DNA of 64,000 nt, from assembly GCA_038843545.1 (NCBI GenBank), contig JAWBRY010000001.1, positions 19 to 64,018 of the forward strand, given 5' to 3'. Under the pieces are notes generated by a model that had not been told where the DNA came from, made no database searches, and saw only the letters and a program-made list of their open reading frames with translations. Positions 18,947 through 27,232 of this stretch are shown here, in pieces. The position numbers and the translations under genes were made by a program. The DNA comes from Candidatus Bathyarchaeia archaeon (GTDB lineage: Archaea > Thermoproteota > Bathyarchaeia > Bathyarchaeales > Bathycorpusculaceae). The stretch's first letter is position 1; the number at the start of each line of letters is the position of its first letter.

Positions 18947-21900
18947 CTAAGCGAAGTCCATAAGGCTTATTTGCCTTGGCTTCCTGTTTTCGAAGAGGGA
19001 GCTAATTTCATCCTTTATGAGAGCAATTCTTTGGGCGTAATACTTTGGCAAGTCATATTTTCGGATTATGTGTTCAGCTGCTTCCAAGTATTTTTCTATA
19101 CCACCACGAAAAACTGTGAGGGTAAGCTCGCCCCCACAGTGGGGGCATCTGCCCTTGAGGGGCAAGCGGCGGAACCGTTTATTGCATACTTTGCATCTGA
19201 AGCCTTGTGTTGAGAAAGCTCTAAGGTTTCCGGCAATGTCGCGAATAAAGTGTTTAACTAGAACTTTTAGGGCTACTTTTCGAGCGTCCACGGCGGCGAT
19301 TTTTTCGGCTAGGGACAATTGTCCATTGAGCTTGTCCGCCATGGTCTTAAACCTCTTGTATGCGCTTTCCTCCACCCCTAGGTTTATGTTTGAGACGGGT
19401 ATTGTAAAGTGGTACCCTTCAAACTGGGCCTCCGTTCCAAGCCTATGCTCAATCAGATCTATCAGGGGGCTCACGAGTTTAGCCTCAACATTTTCCAGAG
19501 TTTTCTCATAAAATTCCAGTGGGTAGGCCTTTGCAACGTCGAAGTCGTAGGCTTGCCTCTGCACTTCTCGGGGATTAACAATTGGTATAAGCAGCAAAGG
19601 TGCATCCATTATGCCCCCTATCTGGGCTGGCAAATATTTCCTTGAAAAGTTCAGCAGAGTGTCCAGTGCAAGCATTAAGGCATCTTCGTCGCCATCGCAA
19701 TCCCTACGTTTAGCCGAATGCCAAAGAGGATGGGCATAACACACATTTAAGTTTGTGAAGCCGATTATTCGGCCAAGAATGCCTACGGATGTGTGTGGAG
19801 CCAAGCCGACAATCAAGTGGCCAACAAGATCTTCGATCTGTTTAACATTGTAATACGACGGAAGCCCATACACCTTCACGAGAAGTTCATCCAAGAAGTT
19901 TGCAACACGGACGAAATATTCTGCACATTTGACGGGAACAACCACGTCCTGCACTTTTAACTCGCATATTTGCTCAGGGCTTGTCAGCGGGTTGCCATAA
20001 ATATCATAATGATAGCCAAGTTGAACAAGCTTTTCCACAGAAACCCCAATCTCAATGGGTTTGAAATGGGTTAAGGGAGCGTTAGTTGCATCAAAACGAA
20101 TGGTCCCATCCTTATAAACAGACAGATCATATTTAGCCCTTAAAACCCCTTTCTCAAGGATCTCAGGCATTTTCGTCTCATTGGTTAAGCCCTTAACACC
20201 TTTCAGAATTTTCGGCATCGAAACCCCAAGGCTGCTGCAAACATCCTCTAGAAGCTTTTTAACATCGATGGCGCGTTTTCCATAGGGAACTGCTGGCACT
20301 TTGCAAACGGGACACTCCCAACTCCCATTCAAGACTCTGCCACAGCGAGGACAAGCATGCTCAAGAACCGCTTCGGAGCCGCATGCTAGACATTTTGCTT
20401 TGACGGAATATTCGCCGCACTTTGGGCATTTCAGCCTAGCAATCTCCACGAAAATACTCCCGACTTTACAAGCTTCAACAACATCCCTTTGGGAGCCGCC
20501 AGCTAAACCAACAGGGAATAGCACGTGCACAAGAGGTTTCATCTCACGCCTCTTTGCTTTCTCCGGCCGACCCATCCTAGCTCCTACAAATGTAGGCGCT
20601 TTATCCCTCAGAACAACGCCAGAGATTTTCTTAATAGCATCTAAAATGGTGTCGCTGTCAGAGAGCTCAACGTTAGGCTGTCTATGGCCCAGACAGAAAG
20701 CTAAAGTACTGGCATTGTCTCCCTCGATCACTATTCTGCCATTCGAAACTTTGTGGGGCAAGCAAATGGTTTCAAAGGCTTTTTTGACCTCCTCGTCGAA
20801 CTCGCCTATAATTCGGTGCGCATACTCGCCATCATACTCCACATTAGACTTTAAGAGCCAAAGCCTTAATCGACGGAGTTTTTCGATGGAATCTAAACTC
20901 GGCCAGAAATGCGTGAAGGCTGGATGAAGAGGCACCTTCATTTTAAGCGCAATCTTTGCAGCCTCAGCAAAGGACGGTTTGTTTGTGAACGGATCTTTTA
21001 CGAAGCCTTGAAGCCTCTCATATTGAACCCCGACGTAGGCCGCCGTTTTTTCCAAATCTCCACCGAAGTCAACATTTACGGCTTTTTGCAGGTCCTCCGC
21101 CCACCATTCCTCCGCATACCCGGCCGGAACTAAATTTTTCCCTTGATATAGAAAGTCCCCAAAACTGACTAGAATGTCGCCTAAAAACAGGATTTTGTCG
21201 ATCTGATCCTTTACACCGGAAAAGTTTTCTAATGTAACCTTTACAACGGAGCCATCCCGTAACTTAACAATGGGCGGTTCTAGAAAGTCGACTGGAACGG
21301 CGATGCCACCTTTCCCTGGAAGCTCTAGACGGAGTTGTGTGCCGACTGCAATGAAACCCTGTAGAATAAGCATCGTAGCCGGGTGAACGCCCACCGCCGT
21401 TAAACCAGTGTTTCTCGACCTTCCGTAACGGAGGCGGAAACCCCCATGCCTAGAGGGAAAGGAGAAAATTGGGCGTCCGGCAACAACGTCATCCATAAAA
21501 CCGGCTGATTTTTTCTCAGACATTTTCCGTATGTCCTTAAGCCAGTCCCACCCTTGAATACCAAGCTTCTCCACAATCGCCCAAACTTTAGAGGCGCGCC
21601 CAACAACCCCGTCATTAACAACCCGTAGAGCCCCGCCCCGAACTCTGTTAGTTTCAACCCTTGGAAGATTGCGGTAGGAAGAAACTTCAACGGGGTCTGT
21701 TTCTGTTCCATTAACCTCCACTGGAAGCCAATTAAGGGCTTTCCAAAGTTCCGCGTCTGAAACATGATACTGGAAGCGGCTTACAGAACGCTCATAAAGC
21801 CTAATCTCCTCAATGAAACGGGCAATTTCCTCATCTGTAGGCTTATAGCGATCCAGCCCCAAAAGCCTACGTATAAAGTCGCCGATAACAAGCGTTAAGG

Positions 21901-22378
21901 CTTGATCCGTGCCGCCCGCCGAGCGAATTGGACCGGCAAAATAAATTGCCAGATACTTTGTGCGATCCGGGTTCGTTTTGATCTTGACCTGCGCAACGCC
22001 TTGAACTGGTGCAGCGGTTAAGCCTTCCGTTAGGATTGCCAAAGCTGTCCGCACAGCTTGTTCAGCCGCGGCTTCAGGCTCCATGTGCCCAAATTTTCCA
22101 TACACGATTTCTTCAGCAATTTTGAAAGCCAACTCCTCCCTTGGAAGTTTTTGGCTTAACTCCCTAATTCTTGCCGCGACACCCTTAGGCCCTACAAGCC
22201 CTTCAACAAGATCTGCCATGTCCCTCGCGATTTTACATTCAGGCTCTTGGGACGGATCAAGCCCTTTCGCCCTAGCCTTTAAGCATATTGCATATAATTC
22301 TTCGAGCCGTCTCTCTAGGTTTTCAACATAATTTGCATACGTGTCACTCATCTGCACGTTCAACTGGCCTCTCATCAC
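18947..22378 (-). CDS. polC: DNA polymerase II (PolD) large subunit DP2
   Basis: 1143 aa. The sequence is DP2-specific throughout (..YFAGPIRSAGGT.., ..GRSRNTG.., ..VGARMGRPEKAK.., multiple CxxC zinc modules, ..HPLWHSAKRRDCDGDED..). The length leaves no room for an intein. The likely ATG start is at 22351. Confidence 0.95.
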   Translation of the reverse strand: MMRGQLNVQMSDTYANYVENLERRLEELYAICLKARAKGLDPSQEPECKIARDMADLVEGLVGPKGVAARIRELSQKLPREELAFKIAEEIVYGKFGHMEPEAAAEQAVRTALAILTEGLTAAPVQGVAQVKIKTNPDRTKYLAIYFAGPIRSAGGTDQALTLVIGDFIRRLLGLDRYKPTDEEIARFIEEIRLYERSVSRFQYHVSDAELWKALNWLPVEVNGTETDPVEVSSYRNLPRVETNRVRGGALRVVNDGVVGRASKVWAIVEKLGIQGWDWLKDIRKMSEKKSAGFMDDVVAGRPIFSFPSRHGGFRLRYGRSRNTGLTAVGVHPATMLILQGFIAVGTQLRLELPGKGGIAVPVDFLEPPIVKLRDGSVVKVTLENFSGVKDQIDKILFLGDILVSFGDFLYQGKNLVPAGYAEEWWAEDLQKAVNVDFGGDLEKTAAYVGVQYERLQGFVKDPFTNKPSFAEAAKIALKMKVPLHPAFTHFWPSLDSIEKLRRLRLWLLKSNVEYDGEYAHRIIGEFDEEVKKAFETICLPHKVSNGRIVIEGDNASTLAFCLGHRQPNVELSDSDTILDAIKKISGVVLRDKAPTFVGARMGRPEKAKRREMKPLVHVLFPVGLAGGSQRDVVEACKVGSIFVEIARLKCPKCGEYSVKAKCLACGSEAVLEHACPRCGRVLNGSWECPVCKVPAVPYGKRAIDVKKLLEDVCSSLGVSMPKILKGVKGLTNETKMPEILEKGVLRAKYDLSVYKDGTIRFDATNAPLTHFKPIEIGVSVEKLVQLGYHYDIYGNPLTSPEQICELKVQDVVVPVKCAEYFVRVANFLDELLVKVYGLPSYYNVKQIEDLVGHLIVGLAPHTSVGILGRIIGFTNLNVCYAHPLWHSAKRRDCDGDEDALMLALDTLLNFSRKYLPAQIGGIMDAPLLLIPIVNPREVQRQAYDFDVAKAYPLEFYEKTLENVEAKLVSPLIDLIEHRLGTEAQFEGYHFTIPVSNINLGVEESAYKRFKTMADKLNGQLSLAEKIAAVDARKVALKVLVKHFIRDIAGNLRAFSTQGFRCKVCNKRFRRLPLKGRCPHCGGELTLTVFRGGIEKYLEAAEHIIRKYDLPKYYAQRIALIKDEISSLFENRKPRQISLMDFA

Positions 22379-22481
22379 CCTTACCTGCAGTAATTTATTT
22401 TAGTTTCTAACACGGGGAAGGAAAACTTGTCGTCGACAGCTTCTTTAAACAACTAAGCTGTATACAGAAAGCATGCAACCT

Positions 22482-23237
22482 TTAGGCGTGCAATTTACCT
22501 TGTCTCATTCCATCAATAATCTGGGAAACCCGATCTTCAACGCATCCATCTTCCACAATATTGCCCGTAACTATTATATCTGCTCCAGCAGATACCGCGG
22601 CCAAGGCTTGAGCCTTTGACCTTATCCCTCCGCCGACGATCAAAGGAACATCTATGCAACCTTTAACAGCACGGATCATTTCTTGAGGCACAGGCCTCTT
22701 CGCCCCGGAGCCAGCTTCAAGATATATGAAGCGCATGCCAAGATATTGACCAGCCAATGCGTGAGCAGCCGCCAGCTCCGGTTTGTCGTATGGGATTGGG
22801 ACAGCTTTACCTATTATTCCAGCGGTGCCGCCCTCGCCCACAATTATGTAGCCCATTGGAATGGGCTCTAATTGATACCTTCGTATTAAAGGAGCCCCTA
22901 AAACATGAGCCCCTATTATGAAGTATGGGTCTGAGGAGTTAAGCAAAGACATAAACCAGATAGCATCTGCGTAACGGCTTATGCTGGTTACATTGTTTGG
23001 AAACAAAATCACTGGAAGGTCAACCAACCGTTTAACAGTTCTAACCACAGCGTCTAAGTGTTTCGTTGAAACGAAAGTGGATCCACCCACCATTATGGCT
23101 GAAGTTCCGCTTGCCCTCGCCTTTTCAGCAATCAACAACGCTTGTGAAGGCGTAACCTTCTCAGGGTCAATAAGGGTTATGTGAATAGCCCCTTCACCTT
23201 GAATTTTGTCGAGTAAATACTTTTCCACAGGGCCCAT
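22482..23237 (-). CDS. Geranylgeranylglyceryl phosphate synthase (GGGPS)
   Basis: PcrB/GGGPS pattern: ..HITLIDPEK.., ..AIMVGGS.., ..YLEAGSGA.., ..IVGGGIRS... The internal ATG (MGPVEKYL) at 23237 avoids overlap with the upstream Elf1 gene. Confidence 0.85.
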   Translation of the reverse strand: MGPVEKYLLDKIQGEGAIHITLIDPEKVTPSQALLIAEKARASGTSAIMVGGSTFVSTKHLDAVVRTVKRLVDLPVILFPNNVTSISRYADAIWFMSLLNSSDPYFIIGAHVLGAPLIRRYQLEPIPMGYIIVGEGGTAGIIGKAVPIPYDKPELAAAHALAGQYLGMRFIYLEAGSGAKRPVPQEMIRAVKGCIDVPLIVGGGIRSKAQALAAVSAGADIIVTGNIVEDGCVEDRVSQIIDGMRQGKLHA

Positions 23238-23247
23238 CTGGTTTCCC

Positions 23248-23517
23248 CTACCGTTGTCCCTCAACTTTGGCCGTTGCAGAGCTTTTTAACGCGCTGTAAA
23301 ACCTGTCGGTGAACATACAGTAGACGTCAACCTCGCCCATAGCTTGCTTAACCGTAAATTCCTCCTTGACACTGCAGTTCCCACAGCTGACCACTGCCCG
23401 GCCTTCTTCACGCAGCATTTCAACACGAACAGCTTCTTTGCCACAATGGGGACACGAGAACAATCTCGGCAACTTCTTCTTAGGAATGCGCACTACCTTC
23501 CTTCTTCTCCGCCCCAT
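23248..23517 (-). CDS. elf1: Transcription elongation factor Elf1 homologue (zinc ribbon)
   Basis: 89 aa. A basic N-terminus ([15 protein letters not shown]) is followed by FSCPHCG...VSCGNCS and VDVYCMFTD, the Elf1 signature. Confidence 0.75.
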   Translation of the reverse strand: MGRRRRKVVRIPKKKLPRLFSCPHCGKEAVRVEMLREEGRAVVSCGNCSVKEEFTVKQAMGEVDVYCMFTDRFYSALKSSATAKVEGQR

Positions 23518-23621
23518 ACTTCAATCCTTCTCTACGTCTTAGCTAACCTTTCATTAATTGTTCATCTACGTCTTTAAATATTTGCCTAATCCAAAATAGG
23601 AATAGCGCTTGAGGGATAACA

Positions 23622-24479
23622 TTGAAACTTACCCAACAAGTTTTAGAACTCGACTGGGAAGAGGTCAAAAACAAGTTAACTCGTTTCATAAAGGACTACG
23701 TGGAAAAGTCAAAGGCGAAGGGCATAGTTCTAGGCCTTTCCGGGGGCGTTGACAGCAGCACTGCAGCGTCTTTGTCAGCAATGGCCATAGGAGGAAACAA
23801 AGTTTTTGGGCTAATACTTCCCGAAAAAGAAACCTATAACCCAAAAGACATCGAACACGCAAAACTCGTCGCAGAAAAATTTGGCATAAAAACGGAGACC
23901 ATTGACATCACACTCACATTAGAAGCATTACAGAAAACAATTCCGGCCTTTGATCCAGAAGACAGGCTCTGCAAGGGTAACCTAAAAGCCCGCACACGAA
24001 TGCTTTACCTATACTACTACGCCAACAAATTCAACCTCATAGTGTGCGGAAGCTCAGATAAATCCGAAACCATGATTGGATACTTCACAAAGTGGGGAGA
24101 CATAGCAGCAGACATAGCGCCGTTGATGGATTTGTATAAAACTCAGGTACGTAAACTGGCGAAACACATAAGTGTTCCAGATGACATCGTAAGTAAACCG
24201 CCCACACCAATGCTTTGGCCTGGACAAACGGCGGAGGAGGAGATTGGCATGAAATATGACACCTTGGATCTCATCCTTTACGGACTTGAACACTTCATGA
24301 AAGTTGAAGAGATAGCAGAACAGCTGGGTCTAGAAATTAGCGTAGTGGAGAAAATTGAGAAGCGATGGAAAACCATGGAACATAAAAGGAGGATGCCATT
24401 AACAACAAAAATTCAATATAGAACTATTGGATTTGATTTCAGAACCCCCCATGCACCTTCACAAAGTGGTGAAGAGTAA
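23622..24479 (+). CDS. nadE: NAD(+) synthetase, synthetase (ATP-PPase) module only
   Basis: 285 aa. It has the PP-loop GLSGGVDSS, ..SDKSE..GYFTKWGD.. and the C-terminal ..HKRR.P.. motif. Confidence 0.9.
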   Translation: MKLTQQVLELDWEEVKNKLTRFIKDYVEKSKAKGIVLGLSGGVDSSTAASLSAMAIGGNKVFGLILPEKETYNPKDIEHAKLVAEKFGIKTETIDITLTLEALQKTIPAFDPEDRLCKGNLKARTRMLYLYYYANKFNLIVCGSSDKSETMIGYFTKWGDIAADIAPLMDLYKTQVRKLAKHISVPDDIVSKPPTPMLWPGQTAEEEIGMKYDTLDLILYGLEHFMKVEEIAEQLGLEISVVEKIEKRWKTMEHKRRMPLTTKIQYRTIGFDFRTPHAPSQSGEE

Positions 24480-25312
24480 TGAAGCAAAAATTTAAAGTCG
24501 CCTTGTCCCAGATAAGCTGCCGGCGAGGAGACAAACAGTCAAACATACAAAAAATCGAAGACTACACGGCGAGGGCCAAACAGCAAGGCGCAGACCTCGT
24601 AATTTTCCCAGAGCTTTCACTAACTGGCTACAAGTTAGACGATGATATTTACAGCTTGGCTGAGACAATTCCTGGACCTTCAACAACCACCATAGAAAAA
24701 ATTGCTCAAAAATATGGAATACACATAATCTTCGGCATGCCAGAGCTAAGCGAGAAGACACAGGCTACAATATACAACACCGCTGTCCTCGTTGGTCCCA
24801 AGGGCGTTATTGGTAAATACCGAAAAATGTTTTTGCCCACCCACAGCGTATTCGAGGAAAAAAGATACTTCAGGCAGGGTCACCAAGCTGGGGTTTTTGA
24901 TGCAGACATCGGAAGAATAGGGATGATCATATGTTATGACCTTTTCTTCCCCGAATTGAGCCGCCTAACGAGACTTGAAGGAGCACAGCTGATTGTTTGC
25001 ATTTCAGCCTCACCTAGCATCCGTAAAACCTTCTTTCAAACCTTAACCGCCGCAAGGGCCATGGAAAACACGGTGTTCCTAGCCTATGTAAACCTGGTTG
25101 GTATAGAGGATGGATTACAGTTCTGGGGTGGAAGCACGCTAATAGGGCCCAATGGAAGGGTCATTGCTTCAGCCAAGTACGACGAAGAAGACTTAGTGAT
25201 AGGCGAAATCGATTATGCAGAGATACGCCAAGTTGAACCCTTCGTACCAACACTAAAAGATCTACGACCAGAGATCTTCGAAAAGCTAAAGCAGCAAGCA
25301 GAAAAACTCTAG
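24479..25312 (+). CDS. Carbon-nitrogen hydrolase (nitrilase superfamily), candidate glutaminase partner of NadE
   Basis: 277 aa. The Glu-Lys-Cys triad contexts are FPEL, YRKMFLP and MIICYDLFFPE. Its ATG overlaps the nadE stop (TAATG at 24477-24481). Confidence 0.85.
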   Translation: MKQKFKVALSQISCRRGDKQSNIQKIEDYTARAKQQGADLVIFPELSLTGYKLDDDIYSLAETIPGPSTTTIEKIAQKYGIHIIFGMPELSEKTQATIYNTAVLVGPKGVIGKYRKMFLPTHSVFEEKRYFRQGHQAGVFDADIGRIGMIICYDLFFPELSRLTRLEGAQLIVCISASPSIRKTFFQTLTAARAMENTVFLAYVNLVGIEDGLQFWGGSTLIGPNGRVIASAKYDEEDLVIGEIDYAEIRQVEPFVPTLKDLRPEIFEKLKQQAEKL

Positions 25313-25442
25313 AGCCCCTCTTTAGCGCCCATGATAAAGGGCTATGTTGCATTATTAACCGCGGAAATCACAACAAAATCACGGGAAAGAAAAGAGCGTT
25401 AGAATTTCCGGTGACTTAGTCATTATCACACGTGACATTTAC

Positions 25443-25459
25443 GTGACGAGTGATGTCAC
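25443..25459 (+). repeat. Composite motif GTGAY-NN-GTGAY-GTMAY, copy 1
   Basis: GTGACGAGTGATGTCAC. It is preceded by related half-sites: ATCACACGTGAC at 25425-25436 and GTGAC at 25411. Confidence 0.45.
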
Positions 25460-25753
25460 ACTATCAATGGAAGAAGGCAAGTTCACTCAGACAAACTAAG
25501 AGGCGGCAAGCTTCACGTTGGGTTAACCCTTCTAAGTTCCAGCATTATCGTTGGTAGTAGCTCCCACATAAATCGATCGCATCGTCGTCTAAACATATTT
25601 AGGCGGAGAAAATAGTTATTTAGGAGGCTTAAGTTGTTAATGCTCGAATTTTATTTTGGCTGCTAAAAAGGCAGAAAATTCAGACGCTTTTAAGTTTTGG
25701 GGCTAGAAACACCGCAAACAACGAGAAGTTCCTTAATTTAATTTAGGATTAGA

Positions 25754-25760
25754 TTTAAAT
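25754..25760 (+). promoter_or_regulatory. Candidate TATA box (TTTAAAT) for the 25811 gene
   Basis: TTTAAAT lies about 50 nt upstream of the ATG. A GGTGA Shine-Dalgarno sits at 25796-25800. Confidence 0.3.
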
Positions 25761-25810
25761 TATCCGTATACAAAAGTGTATCCATTAAGATAAACGGTGA
25801 ATGAAAGAAA

Positions 25811-26290
25811 ATGGATCTGAAAAACGTGGTCCAAGAATGGTTAAAGAAGTCTTTAGAAGACCCCATTGTAAAAATACTCGAAAAAAATAGCCATTTAACA
25901 AAAGTTCAGCTTGAAACTTTGCTTATAGATATTTTAGCCGAAAATTTGGCCGGAAAACCTCTAAAATACGATGAAAAAGCCAAATTACGTTTAACAAAGG
26001 CTAAAATAAGCCGAGGAGCCTTCAACAGAACTTTAAAACAGGCCAGAAAAAACGTGATAAAATCCGTTTACACAATCTTGCTTTTAGGGTACTTAGGTGT
26101 TTTCGAAACAACAGCATTGGATGCATACATTGAAGTGGCAAATAAACTGCAAGAATACATTGAAGCGCACAAAGCAGTACCAGCAGAGGTTGAAAACACA
26201 GAAGAACAATTGAAACTTCTTAAAATGTTAAGAGAAGAACTTGAAATAAGTCTGAAGAAGCTTTCGGAACCATCTGAAGGCTTCACGTGA
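25811..26290 (+). CDS. Hypothetical protein, possible Tfx/sigma-r4-like HTH
   Basis: 159 aa with an ATG start and a GGTGA SD. The segment ..LTKAKISRGAFNRTLKQARKNVIKSVYTILLLG.. loosely resembles Tfx-type HTH recognition regions. No firm family recognised. Confidence 0.5.
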   Translation: MDLKNVVQEWLKKSLEDPIVKILEKNSHLTKVQLETLLIDILAENLAGKPLKYDEKAKLRLTKAKISRGAFNRTLKQARKNVIKSVYTILLLGYLGVFETTALDAYIEVANKLQEYIEAHKAVPAEVENTEEQLKLLKMLREELEISLKKLSEPSEGFT

Positions 26291-26303
26291 CGTCACAAAT
26301 CAC
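26287..26303 (-). repeat. Composite motif GTGAY-NN-GTGAY-GTMAY, copy 2 (inverted)
   Basis: The plus strand reads GTGACGTCACAAATCAC and its reverse complement is GTGATTTGTGACGTCAC. It overlaps the TGA stop of the 25811 gene and contains the 10-bp palindrome GTGACGTCAC. Confidence 0.45.
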
Positions 26304-26405
26304 ACCAGCCCCTTTGTAGGAAGCAGGTAAACGCAAACATATTCAAGACATCTCGTTCATAATCACGTTTCCACCTACAACCATATTAACCACAGCTTTG
26401 CTCTT

Positions 26406-26422
26406 GTGATTTGTGACGTCAT
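26406..26422 (+). repeat. Composite motif GTGAY-NN-GTGAY-GTMAY, copy 3
   Basis: GTGATTTGTGACGTCAT. Over 19 nt it matches the reverse complement of 26287-26305 at 17/19 positions. Confidence 0.45.
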
Positions 26423-26462
26423 GTTACGCTTACGCAAACCTTAAATGTTTTCTCGTAGAAAT

Positions 26463-26479
26463 GTGACGTGTGATGTAAC
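26463..26479 (+). repeat. Composite motif GTGAY-NN-GTGAY-GTMAY, copy 4
   Basis: GTGACGTGTGATGTAAC. It matches copy 1 at 16/19 positions over 19 nt and abuts the candidate TATA box of the 26525 gene. Confidence 0.45.
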
Positions 26480-26482
26480 ATG

Positions 26483-26489
26483 TTTAAAT
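26483..26489 (+). promoter_or_regulatory. Candidate TATA box (TTTAAAT) for the 26525 gene
   Basis: TTTAAAT lies 36-42 nt upstream of the GTG start. A GGTGA SD sits at about 26515. Confidence 0.3.
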
Positions 26490-26524
26490 CACGCTGGAAT
26501 TATTTTGGATCACGGTGATGGATT

Positions 26525-27232
26525 GTGGATGTTGCTATTATTCTTTCCATATTATTTTTTACTATTGCTGTGGGCTTTGCTATTGAATATTCTCGTTATC
26601 TTGGCCGGATAAAGAATGAGTACGAAAGGGCAAAAGCTGCTTTTAATGATATCATATTAAGTTTTAGTAGGGAGCTCAAACGCGCTGTCGATGAACTGGA
26701 AACTGTTGCACATAAAGTTGAGGCGGCTGCAGCCGAGGGCAGCGAGATAAGGGGGAAATTTGAGGCATTGGAGGGCCAAATGAGGGATTTGGAGGATAAA
26801 GCCGGAAAAGTTTTGGAAGAATGGAGTAAAGAGCTTGAACGATTGGATGAAGTTCAGAGGCAAATTCGTGACGTTGTTGCATCACAGAAGGAGTTAGCTG
26901 CAAGGGTTTCTCTCATGGAAGAGAAAGCAAAGCAAGCATCTGCTCCACCCGAACTTGGGGTTGAAACAGTTATACCGATAAGGAGGGAGCGAGCACTAGC
27001 CCACCTAACTGAAACGGAGCTTGCCGTTCTAGAAATGCTGGCAGCGGAAGGCCCAAAAACAGCTCCGGAGATAAAGGAGAAAATCAAACTTAGCAGGGAG
27101 CACACTGCAAGGTTGATGAAGAAACTATATGAAGAGGGCTATCTAGAGAGGGATGCAAGTAAAATACCCTTCAAATACAGTGTGAAGAAGGAGATGGAAA
27201 AGCTTTTGAGGAAAACTCCGGAGACTGCCTAA
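26525..27232 (+). CDS. Membrane-anchored coiled-coil protein with a C-terminal MarR/TrmB-like winged helix
   Basis: 235 aa. An N-terminal TM helix (VAIILSILFFTIAVGFAI) is followed by a roughly 120-aa heptad-rich, charged segment. The C-terminus reads LTETELAVLEMLAAEGPKTAPEIKEKIKLSREHTARLMKKLYEEGYLERD. Confidence 0.6.
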   Translation: MDVAIILSILFFTIAVGFAIEYSRYLGRIKNEYERAKAAFNDIILSFSRELKRAVDELETVAHKVEAAAAEGSEIRGKFEALEGQMRDLEDKAGKVLEEWSKELERLDEVQRQIRDVVASQKELAARVSLMEEKAKQASAPPELGVETVIPIRRERALAHLTETELAVLEMLAAEGPKTAPEIKEKIKLSREHTARLMKKLYEEGYLERDASKIPFKYSVKKEMEKLLRKTPETA

